From Octopus sinensis (lineage: Eukaryota): a stretch of 64,000 nucleotides of DNA. Below, one piece after another: positions 62,250-64,000 of this stretch. Below the pieces are notes generated by a model. It was given only the letters and a program-made list of their open reading frames with translations, was not told the DNA's origin and searched no databases. Position 1 is the first letter of the stretch. Every line of letters starts with the position of its first letter. Location: assembly GCF_006345805.1 (NCBI RefSeq), contig NC_042999.1:116932001-116996000 (forward strand), read 5' to 3'. Position numbers and translations under genes: made by a program.

Positions 62250-64000
62250 CCTCACCAGTCAGTGAATATTTGTAAAGTTTAACAATGATGCCCTTCTCCT
62301 TAAACTGAAATATACTAAAAAACATTCTTTACTGACTGTTCTGTTGATTTTAGTACCCTTATACGTAGCACTGACAACTTTTGCAAACCACTAATTTACA
62401 CCTAACCTTTTCATTGTCCTCCACCGGACAACAGATCATAGGACTCTGTCAGAAATCCTCTTTTTATCAACAAGTCAGTTGCTCTTTACTAAGTATTTTT
62501 CAAGTGTTTCTTCATAAAATGCTCAGTAAAGCAATTTCTAAGATTTTCATAACAAAAATACAAAAATCTATAATTTACACTACCTGTTTATAAATAAAAG
62601 AAAAAGCTATTTCCCTCCCAAACATTATACATTTTAGTGCTTCATTCTCAAGCTTACCAGAATCCAGTTAGACATGGATCAGATTCCTTTTCGTGACTTC
62701 CACAATATCAAGTAGTGCAACTAAATTGTTTCTTACAGACTTTTGTGCTTATGTGACCCATAGATCTTTTGTTGATTGCATAGTCACAATTAAGCAAACT
62801 TTGAAAATTTCTTTCCATTGGTTGTCAAGTGTTTTATTCCTTCATAAGTTTTATGCTATCTTGAGATCTAAAGAGTGTTAGACCTGTTATAGTCAGACCT
62901 TCAATTGCTTTAGATATGCTGAAGGAACCTTTTATGTTATGCATGTCATCTAGTTTCTGGATTTCAAGTGCTGTGGTTTGCCACCAATTATTCTTCATTG
63001 CAAGTGTTTGTTTCTGGACTACAGCCTTTGTTTGTTGGCAAACAATTCTTTTATGCTCATTATTCTTATTATTTTGGTAAGGCATGAAAATCTGCTCTCT
63101 TTCTGTTATCAGCTCTTTGTTGTAAAGGTTCTCATTGACCTAGTCTTGGTGTTTTCTTGCCATAAATCCCAAGGATTCCTGATTAGGTGCATACTTTTAA
63201 ATGTACCATGCATTTTCAATGATGTCACAATATTCCAGACGGATGGATGATGACCTAAGCATTGCTAAAGACACCTTGCTTTTTTGGGTCTGAGGATACA
63301 ATGTAGATTTTCTTCTGGTATAATTTTTGCTAGCAACATTACTGTGGCATCATTAGAATTGTCTTATTAGTTTATATTTGACTATGGTCAAATGTTAGGA
63401 TGCATGTTAGGTACCCATCCATACAATGGTATTGTCAATGCTAGTACTTTGATTGCTGATACTGCAAGGGATCCTTGTATCTGTTTGTATGAATGGTGTA
63501 TTAGTGATTAACTAGCTGTATTTCTCATTTAATTAGGAGTAGAATACTATTTAAGTTGAACCTTTCCCAGCCTTTATTTCTAAGTGTATAATTTTAGAGC
63601 CTTGAATGTTTGCCAGCTTTGATACTGAAGTTACACATAAGATGATTTTGCCTTGTTTTAGTATTCCGGGTAAGGTACAGTCAAAGTTAATGTAAAATTC
63701 CTCTTTAGCTTTCTTATATGCATCACATGCACCATTTGAGTGCATATGTACTGATGACTGTTATGTATCTGTTAGAGTCAATAAGCATTAAGCAAGGAAT
63801 CATTACTATTACATTGATGCCAGTAGGTAGTCCATGTAGCCTATTGACCAAACTGTTGCACACTGCAAAGCCTATTCCCTGTCAGTCCTATTTTTCTAAC
63901 TGATTTTCTTTCTAAAAGATATATCCACCACCATGCTTCTTCTGCTGTGCCTCATTGGTTAATCTTGTTTTGCTAAGGCTCACAATGTCAATATTAAAAG
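62250..64000 (-). mobile_element. Old RTE-clade (RTE-1/BovB-like) LINE: APE endonuclease, linker and RT start; runs off the window
   Basis: GIGFAV, KEEFY, LGFMARKHQD*VNE and AMKNNWWQTTALEIQKLDD..FSISKAIEG match the RTE pattern RKHQDWFDE / WW..KA.EIQ..AD / LKAVYGP; heavily decayed. Confidence 0.7.

Overview
AT-rich, microsatellite-dense eukaryotic DNA. The SINE, LINE and simple-repeat repertoire looks like an octopus-type cephalopod genome (inference from recognised repeat families, not proven). No host protein-coding gene can be supported, and most listed ORFs are microsatellite artefacts. The window is a mosaic of mobile elements: a Helitron with a Pif1 helicase fragment, Tc1/maT/mariner relics, hAT and TTAA MITEs, R4/Dong-, RTE- and CR1-clade LINE fragments, and several tRNA-derived SINE families. 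Two things stand out. First, there is a dense set of hammerhead-ribozyme (HHR) motifs from at least four sequence families, mostly in inverted Penelope-type pseudo-LTRs. These include a truncated GIY-YIG Penelope, a tRNA-promoter + HHR element and a palindromic double hammerhead. Second, there is an apparently intact 1.7-kb ORF1-only ('half-LINE') retroelement with a 19-bp TSD, an Inr/DPE-like internal promoter, a 462-aa CCHC protein and a 3' tail shared with a SINE family.
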